From Defluviitaleaceae bacterium (GTDB lineage Bacteria > Bacillota > Clostridia > Lachnospirales > WRAX01): a stretch of DNA of 64,000 bases. The stretch is from the NCBI GenBank assembly GCA_009784615.1, contig WRBJ01000001.1:72810-136809 (forward strand). The letters run 5' to 3'. The translations under genes were made by a program, and so were the position numbers. Position 1 is the stretch's first letter. The number at the start of each line of letters is the position of its first letter. The notes under the pieces are model-generated. The model made no database searches, was not told the DNA's origin, and worked only from the letters and a program-made list of their open reading frames with translations. Below, piece after piece: positions 29,407-38,004 of the stretch.

Positions 29407-30837
29407 ATGATACATATAGATTGCCCAAAATGTGGAATTAAGATAGAAGGCAAGGTTTGTGCGGGCTGTGGAGTCGATTTTGTTTTGCATAATTTAGCAC
29501 AAGATATGTCTAACAAATATTACAATGCAGGGTTAAAAAAAGCAGAGGAAAACGATATTTCTGCCGCAATTAGGCTTCTTGATACTGCTCTTAAAATAAA
29601 CAAAAGAAACATAGCCGCACGCAATCTTTTGGGGCTTTGTTTCTATGCAAAAGGACATATTGGCGAAGCATTGCGTGAATGGGTTGTTAGTAGTAATTAT
29701 AATAAAACAGATAACCCAGCAAAGAAATATTTGGATGGCTTTAAAAACAATTTAACAGCTTTGGAAAAATACTCGGAAGCTATGATTAAATATAATGAAG
29801 CATTGGTTTATATGGAGCAATTTAGTGAAGATTTGGCAGTGATACGATTAAAGCGGGCTATTGAAGTGTTGCCCAATTTTGTTGATGCTATGAATTTGCT
29901 TGCACTATTTTACATTAAAGCTGATGATAAAACCCGTGCCGCAGGGTTGGTTGAAAAAGTGCTTGCAATCGACAAGGGCAATGATTTTGCAAATCGTTAT
30001 TATTTTGATATTTTCCAGAAAAAATATGGCGAAAAAGTCGCGGGAACAAGTATTGCACGTCCGCAAAGCCGCACAAATGCAAACCAACCAAAACAAACGG
30101 AAGCAAAAACCCAACCAACATCAAACCCATTTTCGGCACGCACTCAAAAGGTTTTTACCAAATCATCCCCATTATCTGGCATAATTTCTGCTGTTGCTTC
30201 TATGGGTGCTATGTTTTTGTTTATGTATTTCCTTATTTTTCCGGGTATGTTGTCGGATAGGGATAATACTATAAGAGAAATGAATACAAACATCCAAAAC
30301 ATAGCTACATCCCATCAAAATGCCATTGCGGATTTGCAGGCGGAAATAAATGAGTTTGACAACGAGATTACACGGTTAAACGATAACATCGCACAATTAG
30401 AGCTTGAGAAGGACGCAATGCAACAATCTATGTGGGTTTACGATGCCCAAAGATTGTTAAATGGCAATATGCCGTTGGATGCTTTGGAGATTTTGTCGGA
30501 TGTTCAGGTTTTAAATCTTCCTGAAAATGTTCGGGAAATTTATGCTGAAGTTCGCCGTGTTGCAACACCTTTGGTAGAGCAACAATATTTTGCCGCAGGT
30601 ACAGCATTATTTAACGCAGGCAATTTTGCCGAAGCCCGCATTAATTTAGAACGTGCGGCAATCCACACATTGTCAGGTTCTGACATAGGCGGCGATATTC
30701 TTTATTGGCTTGGACGCATAGCGGAAATTGACGGCGACATACCGCTTGCACGAATTTATTACCAAAATGCGTTAGAAAACCACCCGACATTTAACAGAAG
30801 ATGGGCGGCAACGGCTCGCCTTAATGCAATTTCGTAG
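29407..30837 (+). CDS. Zinc-ribbon / TPR-repeat membrane protein
   Basis: N-terminal CPKC...CAGC, TPR-like repeats, a Q/T/N-rich linker, one TM, a coiled coil and C-terminal TPR repeats. Confidence 0.7.
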   Translation: MIHIDCPKCGIKIEGKVCAGCGVDFVLHNLAQDMSNKYYNAGLKKAEENDISAAIRLLDTALKINKRNIAARNLLGLCFYAKGHIGEALREWVVSSNYNKTDNPAKKYLDGFKNNLTALEKYSEAMIKYNEALVYMEQFSEDLAVIRLKRAIEVLPNFVDAMNLLALFYIKADDKTRAAGLVEKVLAIDKGNDFANRYYFDIFQKKYGEKVAGTSIARPQSRTNANQPKQTEAKTQPTSNPFSARTQKVFTKSSPLSGIISAVASMGAMFLFMYFLIFPGMLSDRDNTIREMNTNIQNIATSHQNAIADLQAEINEFDNEITRLNDNIAQLELEKDAMQQSMWVYDAQRLLNGNMPLDALEILSDVQVLNLPENVREIYAEVRRVATPLVEQQYFAAGTALFNAGNFAEARINLERAAIHTLSGSDIGGDILYWLGRIAEIDGDIPLARIYYQNALENHPTFNRRWAATARLNAIS

Positions 30838-30915
30838 AAAGTTAAAAAAATTTCAGACAAATAAACAAAACCTCACGTATATATATTCAAACAGAATAAA
30901 ACTGGAGGTAATGAA

Positions 30916-31263
30916 ATGAACAAATCAATATTTGGACTTAACGAAAATTTGGCGGCGGCACTTGCTTATTTATTTGCTTTTGTCAGCGGTATTGTTGTCT
31001 TAATTATGGAGCGTGAAAACAAGTTTGTGCGTTTTGCCGCTTTGCAGTCCACGGTGTTTTTCTTGGTTGGCTTTTTTGTGCTTGCCATCCTCTCTTTCTT
31101 GTCAAACATTTGGTTGCTTGGCATACCATTTGCCATTGCTGGATGGGTGCTAGGTACTGGAATGTGGATTGTTTGGGCATACCTTGTAATTAAAGCGTTT
31201 TTGGGTCAAACAGTAAAAATTCCGATAATTGGTGATGTTTGCTGGGACCAAGTAAACAAATAA
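30916..31263 (+). CDS. DUF4870-family membrane protein
   Basis: NENLAAALAYLFAFVSGIVVLIMERENKFVRFAALQS motif, three to four TM helices. Confidence 0.65.
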   Translation: MNKSIFGLNENLAAALAYLFAFVSGIVVLIMERENKFVRFAALQSTVFFLVGFFVLAILSFLSNIWLLGIPFAIAGWVLGTGMWIVWAYLVIKAFLGQTVKIPIIGDVCWDQVNK

Positions 31264-31380
31264 AAATTTCACAAACTTACACCCCTTACCCCTTTTGCAC
31301 AAGCAAAAGGGGTTGACTTTTTTTAAATGCTATGATATATTAATTTTGGGAGAATTTTATAGCATAAGGAGGAGTTTTTT

Positions 31381-32001
31381 GTGTTAGAAGATAAACAACA
31401 TAAAAATATTCTGATTGACGAAAGTCAACAAGACAAAAATCGTATAGGCTACATTCGTATAAGCTCTGCAGAAAAAAACGAGCAAAAGCACATAGAAGCA
31501 TTTTCTCATCTTGGGCTTTACAAAATTTATATCGAGCGTGTTTCAATAAAAGACCCGACACGTCCAATTTTACAACAAATGCTGGATGAAGTTAAAAAGG
31601 GTTGTACTGTTTATATCGGAAGTTTTGCACGTTTGGCACGCTCTATAAAAGATTTTCTTAATATTGTAAATGAAATAACACAAAGAGATTCGCATTTAAT
31701 CAGTTTAAAAGAATCTTTTGACACAATGACAGACCGAGGTAGATTGATAATAGAAATTTCGGAGTACATACACGAGTTTGAACGTGAAAATATGCTTCAA
31801 CGCCAGCGTGAAGGCATACAATTGGCAAAATCGCAAGGCAAATTTAAGGGACGTAAAGAAATTCCGCGTCCACAAAATTGGGACGAGATTTATAATCTTT
31901 ACAGAACCCGTAAAATGACAGGCACGCAAGCTATGATACAGCTAGGATTAAAACGAAATACTTTTTATAAATTTGTTAAAAAAGAACGTGAAAATGAATG
32001 A
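31381..32001 (+). CDS. Small serine recombinase (resolvase/invertase family)
   Basis: GTG after AAGGAGG. IGYIRISSAE (catalytic Ser region), SFARLARS, C-terminal HTH (MTGTQAMIQLGLKRNTFYKF). Confidence 0.8.
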   Translation: MLEDKQHKNILIDESQQDKNRIGYIRISSAEKNEQKHIEAFSHLGLYKIYIERVSIKDPTRPILQQMLDEVKKGCTVYIGSFARLARSIKDFLNIVNEITQRDSHLISLKESFDTMTDRGRLIIEISEYIHEFERENMLQRQREGIQLAKSQGKFKGRKEIPRPQNWDEIYNLYRTRKMTGTQAMIQLGLKRNTFYKFVKKERENE

Positions 32002-32023
32002 TTTATATTATAAATACTAAAGC

Positions 32024-32048
32024 AAGAACCCTTTTAAGGGTTCTTTTT
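32024..32048 (+). terminator. Rho-independent terminator after the resolvase gene
   Basis: AAGAACCC-TTTTAA-GGGTTCTT followed by TTT. Confidence 0.7.
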
Positions 32049-32079
32049 ATTATCGTCTTTTATTTGTATAAATTAACAT

Positions 32080-32108
32080 TTGACACAGGGGTTTGGATGT
32101 GTTACAAT
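32080..32108 (+). promoter_or_regulatory. Near-consensus sigma-A promoter (TTGACA-17-TGtTACAAT)
   Basis: TTGACA at 32080-32085, 17-nt spacer, TACAAT at 32103-32108 with extended TG. AAAGGAGGG and a GTG start follow. Confidence 0.55.
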
Positions 32109-32150
32109 GGTAACGGATAGGTCTATTTTGTTTTATGAAAGGAGGGTTTT

Positions 32151-32858
32151 GTGTTGCTTACCAATTTATTTTATTATGGTCATTATCGTGATTTTGTACA
32201 GCGGACCAGTTCTGGCAATAATAACAATTTTAATCGTGCCTTGCTTGATAGGGGGCAAATTATTTCTGCCCATCGTGCCGAAGGTACGGCTTCGGTACAG
32301 CTAAACAAAACCTTCGACAAGCGCATATTGCACTTTGTTAAAGCATTGGGCGAAAATGTGCTAACATTAAAGGATTCTGCCCGTATGTTTTCAAACGACA
32401 TTAAAAGTTTGGAAATTACGCAAGGCATAGGTGGCTTAAACAACCAAATGCAATGGATAGAGGAAGATTTGCGTAATTTTGCAATGAGCTATAATAACCT
32501 TAATTACATATCCCAGGTAACGGGGCATAGTAGTAATCTATCGCATTTTACTCATAGCATACGTAATATTACACAAGGCAATGAAAATCTGTTGTCGCAT
32601 TTAGGCATTATTATCGCCGACCAAGGTGGTTTGTCTTATCACGGTATGGGTAGCACCGCTTCAAAAGAAATAACCCAACAAGCGGCAATGGCTTTAAAAT
32701 CTGCATACGATGCCGCTAGAGATTTTTTGGTACATCCAATGTCCCATCATATGGAATTTAAAAGCCTTAATTATTACTATAATTATACAATTGGCAACAC
32801 ACCAAATGATACCTTTAGATTGTTAGAAAGTGGTATTTTAATAGACATAGCAATATAA
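32151..32858 (+). CDS. Hypothetical soluble protein, no recognisable domain
   Basis: 235-aa ORF with its own promoter and RBS. Asn/Ser/His-rich. No TM segment. Confidence 0.55.
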   Translation: MLLTNLFYYGHYRDFVQRTSSGNNNNFNRALLDRGQIISAHRAEGTASVQLNKTFDKRILHFVKALGENVLTLKDSARMFSNDIKSLEITQGIGGLNNQMQWIEEDLRNFAMSYNNLNYISQVTGHSSNLSHFTHSIRNITQGNENLLSHLGIIIADQGGLSYHGMGSTASKEITQQAAMALKSAYDAARDFLVHPMSHHMEFKSLNYYYNYTIGNTPNDTFRLLESGILIDIAI

Positions 32859-32916
32859 TTTAAGGCGGCTAATAGCCGCCTGTTTTGTACATATTAATAT
32901 TTTGGAGGTTTGCAAA

Positions 32917-34605
32917 ATGGAGCATTTAAAAATATACCAACAATGGCTTACCAACCCAGCATTAGGCGAAAAATCACGTACAGAGCTTTTGTCAATAGCT
33001 GATAATGATACCGAGATAGCCGAGCGTTTTCATAAAGATTTAGAATTTGGCACGGGTGGCTTGCGTGGCATAATTGGTATTGGAACAAATCGTATGAACA
33101 TTTACACTGTACGCCGTGCGTCGCAGGGTTTGGCGGATTATATTATTGCCGTAGCACCCAATGAAAAAGAGCGTGGCGTTGCTGTTTCTCACGACAACCG
33201 TCATTTTTCAAAAGAATTTGCGCTGGAGGTTGCGCTAATTATGGCACAAAACGGCATAAAAGCCTATCTTTTTGAGGATTTGCGCCCAACGCCGCAGTTG
33301 TCTTTTGCTATTCGTGAATTAGGTTGTATTGCAGGCGCTATGGTAACGGCAAGCCATAACCCGCCAGATTATAATGGTTATAAGGCATATTGGCAAGACG
33401 GCGGTCAATTGGTTTTTCCGCAAGATGAAGAAGTTATTGAGTATGTTAATGCGATAAACGACCCTGCTTCTTTACGGGTTATGGATAAAGAAGCCGCAAT
33501 ACAAGCGGGTTTGTTGGAATATTTGGGTAAGGATATGGATGATAAATTTTTGGCAGCTGTTGGCGCATTGTCGTTAAACCCAGAAATTATTGCAAAAATG
33601 GCGGCTGATTTTAAGATAGTATATACGCCATTGCACGGTACGGGCAAAATGCCTGTACAGCGTGCGTTGCAAAATGCAGGCTTTAAAAATGTGTATATAG
33701 AGCCTAGTCAAGCCGAACCTGACCCAAATTTTACCACAGTAAAATCACCTAACCCCGAAGACCCTACTGCTTTTGAGTATGCTTTAAAGTTGGCAAAAGA
33801 AAAAAATGCCGATATAATAATAGCCAATGACCCAGACGCTGACCGCGTTGGTTGTATGGTTAAAAATGCCAATGATGAATATGAACTTATAAGCGGCAAC
33901 GCAACAGGTGTAATTTTAGCAGAATATTTGCTTTCGCAAATGAGCAAAAAGGGTATTTTGCCACAGAACGCAGGCATCATATCTACAATAGTTTCTACAC
34001 GATTAACACAAAAAATTGCAGACCATTATGGCGTGTCTTATGCCGAAACTTTTACAGGGTTTAAGCATATAGCCAAGCAGATTTTGACGTGGGAGCAAGC
34101 AAGTTCTGTTAAATTTATATTTGGCTTTGAGGAATCTTTTGGATATTTAACAGGAGATAACGCAAGGGATAAAGACGCTATTGGTGCGGCTTTATTGTTG
34201 TGCGAAGCTGCCGCTTTTTATAAGGTGCAAGGCAAAACCCTATTTGATGCTCTTGAAGATATTCATATACGTCAAGGCTATCACGCCGAATATACCCGTT
34301 CTATTACTTTGCCAGGCATAGAAGGTGCGGCAAAAATCAAGCAAATTATTGCAGATTTGCGCAACAATCCACCAAAAGCCCTAGCAGGTACAGAAATTAT
34401 TGAAATTAGGGATTATATCGCAAATGCACCGTCATATGATATGCTATACTATATTTTGTCTGACCAATCTTGGTTTTGCGTGCGCCCATCAGGCACAGAG
34501 CCTAAGGTAAAAATATACTTAGGTGCAAATGATACCACTGCCGAGGCCGCCCAAAATCGCTTAAACACAATATCTGCTGCCGTTTTTGATTTTATGAAAA
34601 TATAG
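32917..34605 (+). CDS. Phosphoglucomutase / phosphomannomutase family protein
   Basis: ATG at 32917 after GGAGG. FGTGGLRG, active-site TASHNPPDYNGYK, ANDPDADR metal loop, GTEPK C-terminal loop. Confidence 0.9.
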   Translation: MEHLKIYQQWLTNPALGEKSRTELLSIADNDTEIAERFHKDLEFGTGGLRGIIGIGTNRMNIYTVRRASQGLADYIIAVAPNEKERGVAVSHDNRHFSKEFALEVALIMAQNGIKAYLFEDLRPTPQLSFAIRELGCIAGAMVTASHNPPDYNGYKAYWQDGGQLVFPQDEEVIEYVNAINDPASLRVMDKEAAIQAGLLEYLGKDMDDKFLAAVGALSLNPEIIAKMAADFKIVYTPLHGTGKMPVQRALQNAGFKNVYIEPSQAEPDPNFTTVKSPNPEDPTAFEYALKLAKEKNADIIIANDPDADRVGCMVKNANDEYELISGNATGVILAEYLLSQMSKKGILPQNAGIISTIVSTRLTQKIADHYGVSYAETFTGFKHIAKQILTWEQASSVKFIFGFEESFGYLTGDNARDKDAIGAALLLCEAAAFYKVQGKTLFDALEDIHIRQGYHAEYTRSITLPGIEGAAKIKQIIADLRNNPPKALAGTEIIEIRDYIANAPSYDMLYYILSDQSWFCVRPSGTEPKVKIYLGANDTTAEAAQNRLNTISAAVFDFMKI

Positions 34606-34798
34606 CTTGACATAGGGCGTACCCCGTAGGTTAAAATCGTCTTTGGATATGGTTTATATGAAATACAAAACAAGCGAAGCAGACGTTAAGTTAGGTTTAA
34701 CCAAGGACGCATTGCATTATTATGAAATTTAGTAAATTGTTAATTCTTTCATTAAAAATCAATGTTCAAATAATCTCTCGGATTTTTGAAAAATATGC

Positions 34799-34827
34799 TT
34801 GACATTTGCGCAAGCATAGTCTATAAT
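34799..34827 (+). promoter_or_regulatory. Consensus sigma-A promoter for tRNA-Leu (TTGACA-17-TATAAT)
   Basis: TTGACA at 34799-34804, 17-nt spacer, TATAAT at 34822-34827, 15 nt upstream of the tRNA 5' end. Confidence 0.6.
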
Positions 34828-34842
34828 AAATTTTGCGGTGTC

Positions 34843-34927
34843 GCCCGAATGGCGGAACCGGTAGACGCACAGGACTTAAAATCCTGCGACCTCAACAGTC
34901 GTGCCAGTTCGAGTCTGGCTTCGGGCA
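34843..34927 (+). tRNA. tRNA-Leu (anticodon UAA), class II with long variable arm
   Basis: Acceptor GCCCGAA/TTCGGGC, anticodon loop CTTAAAA, variable arm GACCTCAACAGTCGT, T-arm GCCAG-TTCGAGT-CTGGC. Confidence 0.9.
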
Positions 34928-34936
34928 TTGTGAAAC
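34875..34936 (+). repeat. attL: 62-bp direct repeat (3' part of tRNA-Leu plus 9 nt)
   Basis: Identical to 59926-59987 (CTTAAAATCCTGCGACC...GGGCATTGTGAAAC). Confidence 0.9.
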
Positions 34937-35052
34937 CCCTGTAAATCAACATTTACAGGGGTTTGTTATTTACTGCGGTAAAAAGTCCTGCGGGTATCAC
35001 TGCGGTAATTATGGGGTAATAAAATATGCCGTAACAAAAATTACCGCATTAA

Positions 35053-36162
35053 CTAATTTAATAAATCAACTGTTTCTTGCTTCATATTGGGCATTGCGTG
35101 GCTGTAGATGTCAAGAGTAATTTGCACTGATGCATGTCCCAAAATTTCACTCACAACCTTAATATTTGCGCCTTTTTCAAGCAATCTTGTTGCGAAGGTG
35201 TGTCGTAAAGAATGTACATTTATTTCGTTTGATAATTCGGCTTTATCCAAAGCACGCTTAAATGCTTTTAACACTTCACGAGATGCAGTTATTGCATTAC
35301 TTCGTGAAGAAAAAACAAATATACCGCCTTTTTTCTTTTGCTCTAAAAGTATATTCCTGACCGCATTATTTATAGGTACTTGTCGTGTACCTTTGGACGT
35401 TTTAGGTTCTGAAATTATAATCTTTGTTTTGGTCGTTGCGCCCTCATCACGATTTCTAACTCTTGTTGAGGTCTTGTCTACAGAAATGAAACCACTATTA
35501 AAATCTATATCACTCCATACCAAAGCAGATATTTCACCAATGCGCATACCTGTATTAAGAGCAAACACAAACATATTTCCAAATGTGCTTTCGGGTATGT
35601 TGCGTAAAAATATTTCTTGTTCTTCAACCGTCATTGCACGATTGACTTTCGGTTTGACTTTGGGAACAACTAGCGCATCGCAAGGGTTTCTGTATAATAT
35701 TTCATTCTTGATTGCTTGTTTGAAACTTTGGCTAAGAACAATATGAACACCTTTTATTGTGCTTGTCGAAAAATTCGCTTTGTACATATCGTTGTAAATT
35801 GACTGTATCATCTCGGGGCGTAGCTTCGTTAGCTTGATATGTCCTATTTTATCTCTTGCGTGCTTGTTAAAAGACATTTCGTATTTGTCATATGTAGATG
35901 ATTTTAATTCTATCGCCTTATAATTCTCTAACCAAAAGTCCACCCACTCCGCTACAGTGTAATCACTGCTGACTGTAGCAATATTGCGCCGCAGTTTGTA
36001 TTTCTCATTTTCCATCTTCTCAAGCAGTTTCTCTCTGTCCATAGACGAGAAACTTTTTTTATTGCGCTTGCCGCTTGCATCATACCCCAAAGTTATCTCG
36101 CCACGCCAAAGCCCCTTTTTGTCTTGCCATATAGTACCTTCGCCGTGTGTTCGTTTTGGCAT
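35053..36162 (-). CDS. int: Tyrosine-type site-specific integrase
   Basis: N-terminal SAM-like arm/core-binding domain. Catalytic region ...MRIGEISAL...HSLRHTFATRLL...LGHASVQITLDIYSH. Confidence 0.9.
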   Translation of the reverse strand: MPKRTHGEGTIWQDKKGLWRGEITLGYDASGKRNKKSFSSMDREKLLEKMENEKYKLRRNIATVSSDYTVAEWVDFWLENYKAIELKSSTYDKYEMSFNKHARDKIGHIKLTKLRPEMIQSIYNDMYKANFSTSTIKGVHIVLSQSFKQAIKNEILYRNPCDALVVPKVKPKVNRAMTVEEQEIFLRNIPESTFGNMFVFALNTGMRIGEISALVWSDIDFNSGFISVDKTSTRVRNRDEGATTKTKIIISEPKTSKGTRQVPINNAVRNILLEQKKKGGIFVFSSRSNAITASREVLKAFKRALDKAELSNEINVHSLRHTFATRLLEKGANIKVVSEILGHASVQITLDIYSHAMPNMKQETVDLLN

Positions 36163-36166
36163 TTTA

Positions 36167-36817
36167 TCACCTCTTTATTTCTTTATCTTGAATAGGCTCT
36201 GTATGCGCACAATCTGGGCTTCTCGGACAACCTAGATATGGTGTGCGAGTAGATTTATTGAATTTCTTTGTGAGAACGTGATTGCATTGCGGGCAATAAC
36301 CCATATGTTCACTCATTTTGTGATATGCAACATCTGCAATAATATCCACATCCAACAAGGCGAATAAGCTAAATAACTTGCTTCTATCAATCAATTCAAT
36401 TTTTGGCTGTGCAGACGCCGCCGCCATTTTTGCATTTGGAGTAAAAAACGAGGTAGTGATAACACACCCTTGCAATTTTGGTTTATCCATCAACGAAATT
36501 GCACCAATGAAACTTCTTATGCGGTCTTCGTCCACAAGCTCACTATATTCTAATCTCCACGCTTTGGCTTGTATTGCTGTTGAAACATCATCTTTTGTAA
36601 TTATCAAATCCACACCTCTGTCGCCAAGACCAGGTTGCAATCTTGATTTTGGTATAACGCTATATCCAAGATATGTAAACAACTTTTCAAGCAATGCCTC
36701 AAACTCTGCGCCGTTCATATCGTCCATTCTTCGCAATTGTTGTGAGAGATATTGCAATTCTAGCCCATCCATAACGGTCTTTTTGCTTGGTAATATCGTC
36801 TTCTTGCGTTTGAACAT
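36167..36817 (-). CDS. Mrr-cat-type restriction endonuclease-like protein with C-terminal topoisomerase-type zinc ribbon
   Basis: FEALLEKLFTYLGY...GDRGVDLII...AIQAKAW (D...QxK nuclease core). C-terminal CPQC...LGCPRSPDCAHTE. Confidence 0.65.
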   Translation of the reverse strand: MFKRKKTILPSKKTVMDGLELQYLSQQLRRMDDMNGAEFEALLEKLFTYLGYSVIPKSRLQPGLGDRGVDLIITKDDVSTAIQAKAWRLEYSELVDEDRIRSFIGAISLMDKPKLQGCVITTSFFTPNAKMAAASAQPKIELIDRSKLFSLFALLDVDIIADVAYHKMSEHMGYCPQCNHVLTKKFNKSTRTPYLGCPRSPDCAHTEPIQDKEIKR

Positions 36818-36844
36818 ATTATTTTCTCCTTTGTAATTTTGTGA

Positions 36845-37258
36845 TTATGCTTTTGATGGCGTCAGCTCCGAGGATAATTCCAAGTCCTTCAATGAGTTTT
36901 CGTTTGAGTTCAAAGCGGCAAATGACGCTTCGCCCAAAATGGCTTTTTTGCCTTCATCGGATGACTTCCTGTAGTTATCTACCAATAACTTTTCGGCAAT
37001 ACTTAGTTTCTCTTGTTGTTCTTTTTCACTTGGTAAATTATCGTCGGTACTTTGAATATCGGTCAATCCTAAAAGATAATCGGCTGTAACACCGTAGAAA
37101 TTTGCAAGACGGATTATGCTCTCTGTATTTGGCTCTGCAACACCCTTCTCCCATTTTGCAATCGTTTGCTGGGTGAAGTTTAATTTGCCGCCAAGTTCAG
37201 CTTGTGACAGACCTTTAGATTTTCTCAACTCGTAAATTCGCTGACTTAGCATTTTCAC
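36845..37258 (-). CDS. XRE-family HTH repressor (cI-like)
   Basis: IYELRKSKGLSQAELGGKLNFTQQTIAKWEKG HTH motif. Divergent from the cro-like gene. Confidence 0.8.
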   Translation of the reverse strand: MKMLSQRIYELRKSKGLSQAELGGKLNFTQQTIAKWEKGVAEPNTESIIRLANFYGVTADYLLGLTDIQSTDDNLPSEKEQQEKLSIAEKLLVDNYRKSSDEGKKAILGEASFAALNSNENSLKDLELSSELTPSKA

Positions 37259-37336
37259 CGCCCCTTTACTCGCATTATACCACTAAAAGTTGTTGAAAAA
37301 AATATTTACGCTTTTTTTTCGTAAAAATGCTTGACA

Positions 37337-37385
37337 ACAACCCAAGGTTGTGATATTGTGATGTAAATACACAACCTAAGGTTGT
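37337..37385. promoter_or_regulatory. Two 15-bp palindromic operator candidates (ACAACC-NAA-GGTTGT) overlapping a TTGACA promoter
   Basis: ACAACCCAAGGTTGT at 37337-37351 and ACAACCTAAGGTTGT at 37371-37385. TTGACA at 37331-37336 precedes the first one. Confidence 0.5.
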
Positions 37386-37399
37386 AGTGAGGTGATACG

Positions 37400-37618
37400 T
37401 TGAGAAGAGAATGGTTAGGAAAATTGCGAGAGAAGAAAGGTATCTCGCAAGCTGCACTTGCAAGCATAGCGGGTATTACACAACAACAGTACAGCAATAT
37501 CGAAAAAGGGTGTAAAAATCCATCTCCAAAAACTGCACAAAAAATAGCCGAAACTCTCGGTTTCGACTGGAAACTATTTTTTGAGGACGACAAGTCCGAA
37601 GTGCTGGCGGGGAAGTAG
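37400..37618 (+). CDS. XRE-family HTH protein (cro-like)
   Basis: TTG start after GTGAGGTGA. LREKKGISQAALASIAGITQQQYSNIEKG HTH motif. Confidence 0.7.
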   Translation: MRREWLGKLREKKGISQAALASIAGITQQQYSNIEKGCKNPSPKTAQKIAETLGFDWKLFFEDDKSEVLAGK

Positions 37619-37740
37619 TACAAAAAACAAAAAGCCCCGACAGGGGGCAAAATAGGATTACCAAAAAATTTTAAGTAATTAAGTATATCACATCCAAAAT
37701 ATTTTTGCAACCATAAATTCAACAATCGGGGGGATATTCG

Positions 37741-37965
37741 ATGCCACGAAAAGCAGAAATTGATATAAAAGATTTTGCAAAGCAAATAACAACACAAAAC
37801 CAAATTCCGATTTTAGACGGAAGTTATAAATATCTAACACCAAAAGAATATGCCGCTTTTATAGGCAAACATCAAGTAACTATTTTGAACTGGCTCGCTG
37901 ATGGGCGCATTGAAGGGGCGGTTAAAGTTGGACGTAATTGGAAAATCCCAATCAAATCAATATAA
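37741..37965 (+). CDS. xis: Excisionase-family (HTH_17/MerR-like) DNA-binding protein
   Basis: LTPKEYAAFIGKHQVTILNWLADGRIEGAVKVGRNWKIP. Confidence 0.7.
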   Translation: MPRKAEIDIKDFAKQITTQNQIPILDGSYKYLTPKEYAAFIGKHQVTILNWLADGRIEGAVKVGRNWKIPIKSI

Positions 37966-38004
37966 AAATTTTCTTTTCACCCAGTGAAGAAAGGAGTATC
38001 ACGA

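Noticed and set aside
31264-32150. Invertible promoter (phase-variation switch) controlled by the small serine recombinase
   Set aside because: I could not identify matching inverted repeats flanking the recombinase gene or the 32080 promoter by eye. It stays an open question in the findings, not a claim.
34658-34732. 24-codon ORF MKYKTSEADVKLGLTKDALHYYEI, resembling the start of a MerR-family HTH
   Set aside because: It is truncated by a stop after the first helix-turn-helix residues and is too short to function. At most it is a gene relic upstream of tRNA-Leu.
34833-35120. 95-aa ORF overlapping tRNA-Leu and attL
   Set aside because: It reads straight through a well-formed tRNA, its terminator hairpin and the arm-site region. 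It is an artefact of ORF calling.
35108-35746. 212-aa ORF antisense to the integrase. The same applies to other long antisense ORFs: 2943-3533, 4012-4599, 5551-5964, 36378-36836, 37306-37803, 47330-47782, 48728-49255, 51109-51573 and 62642-63046.
   Set aside because: Each is fully embedded opposite a gene with strong family motifs. They lack RBSs and have low-complexity or odd composition. They are typical shadow ORFs.
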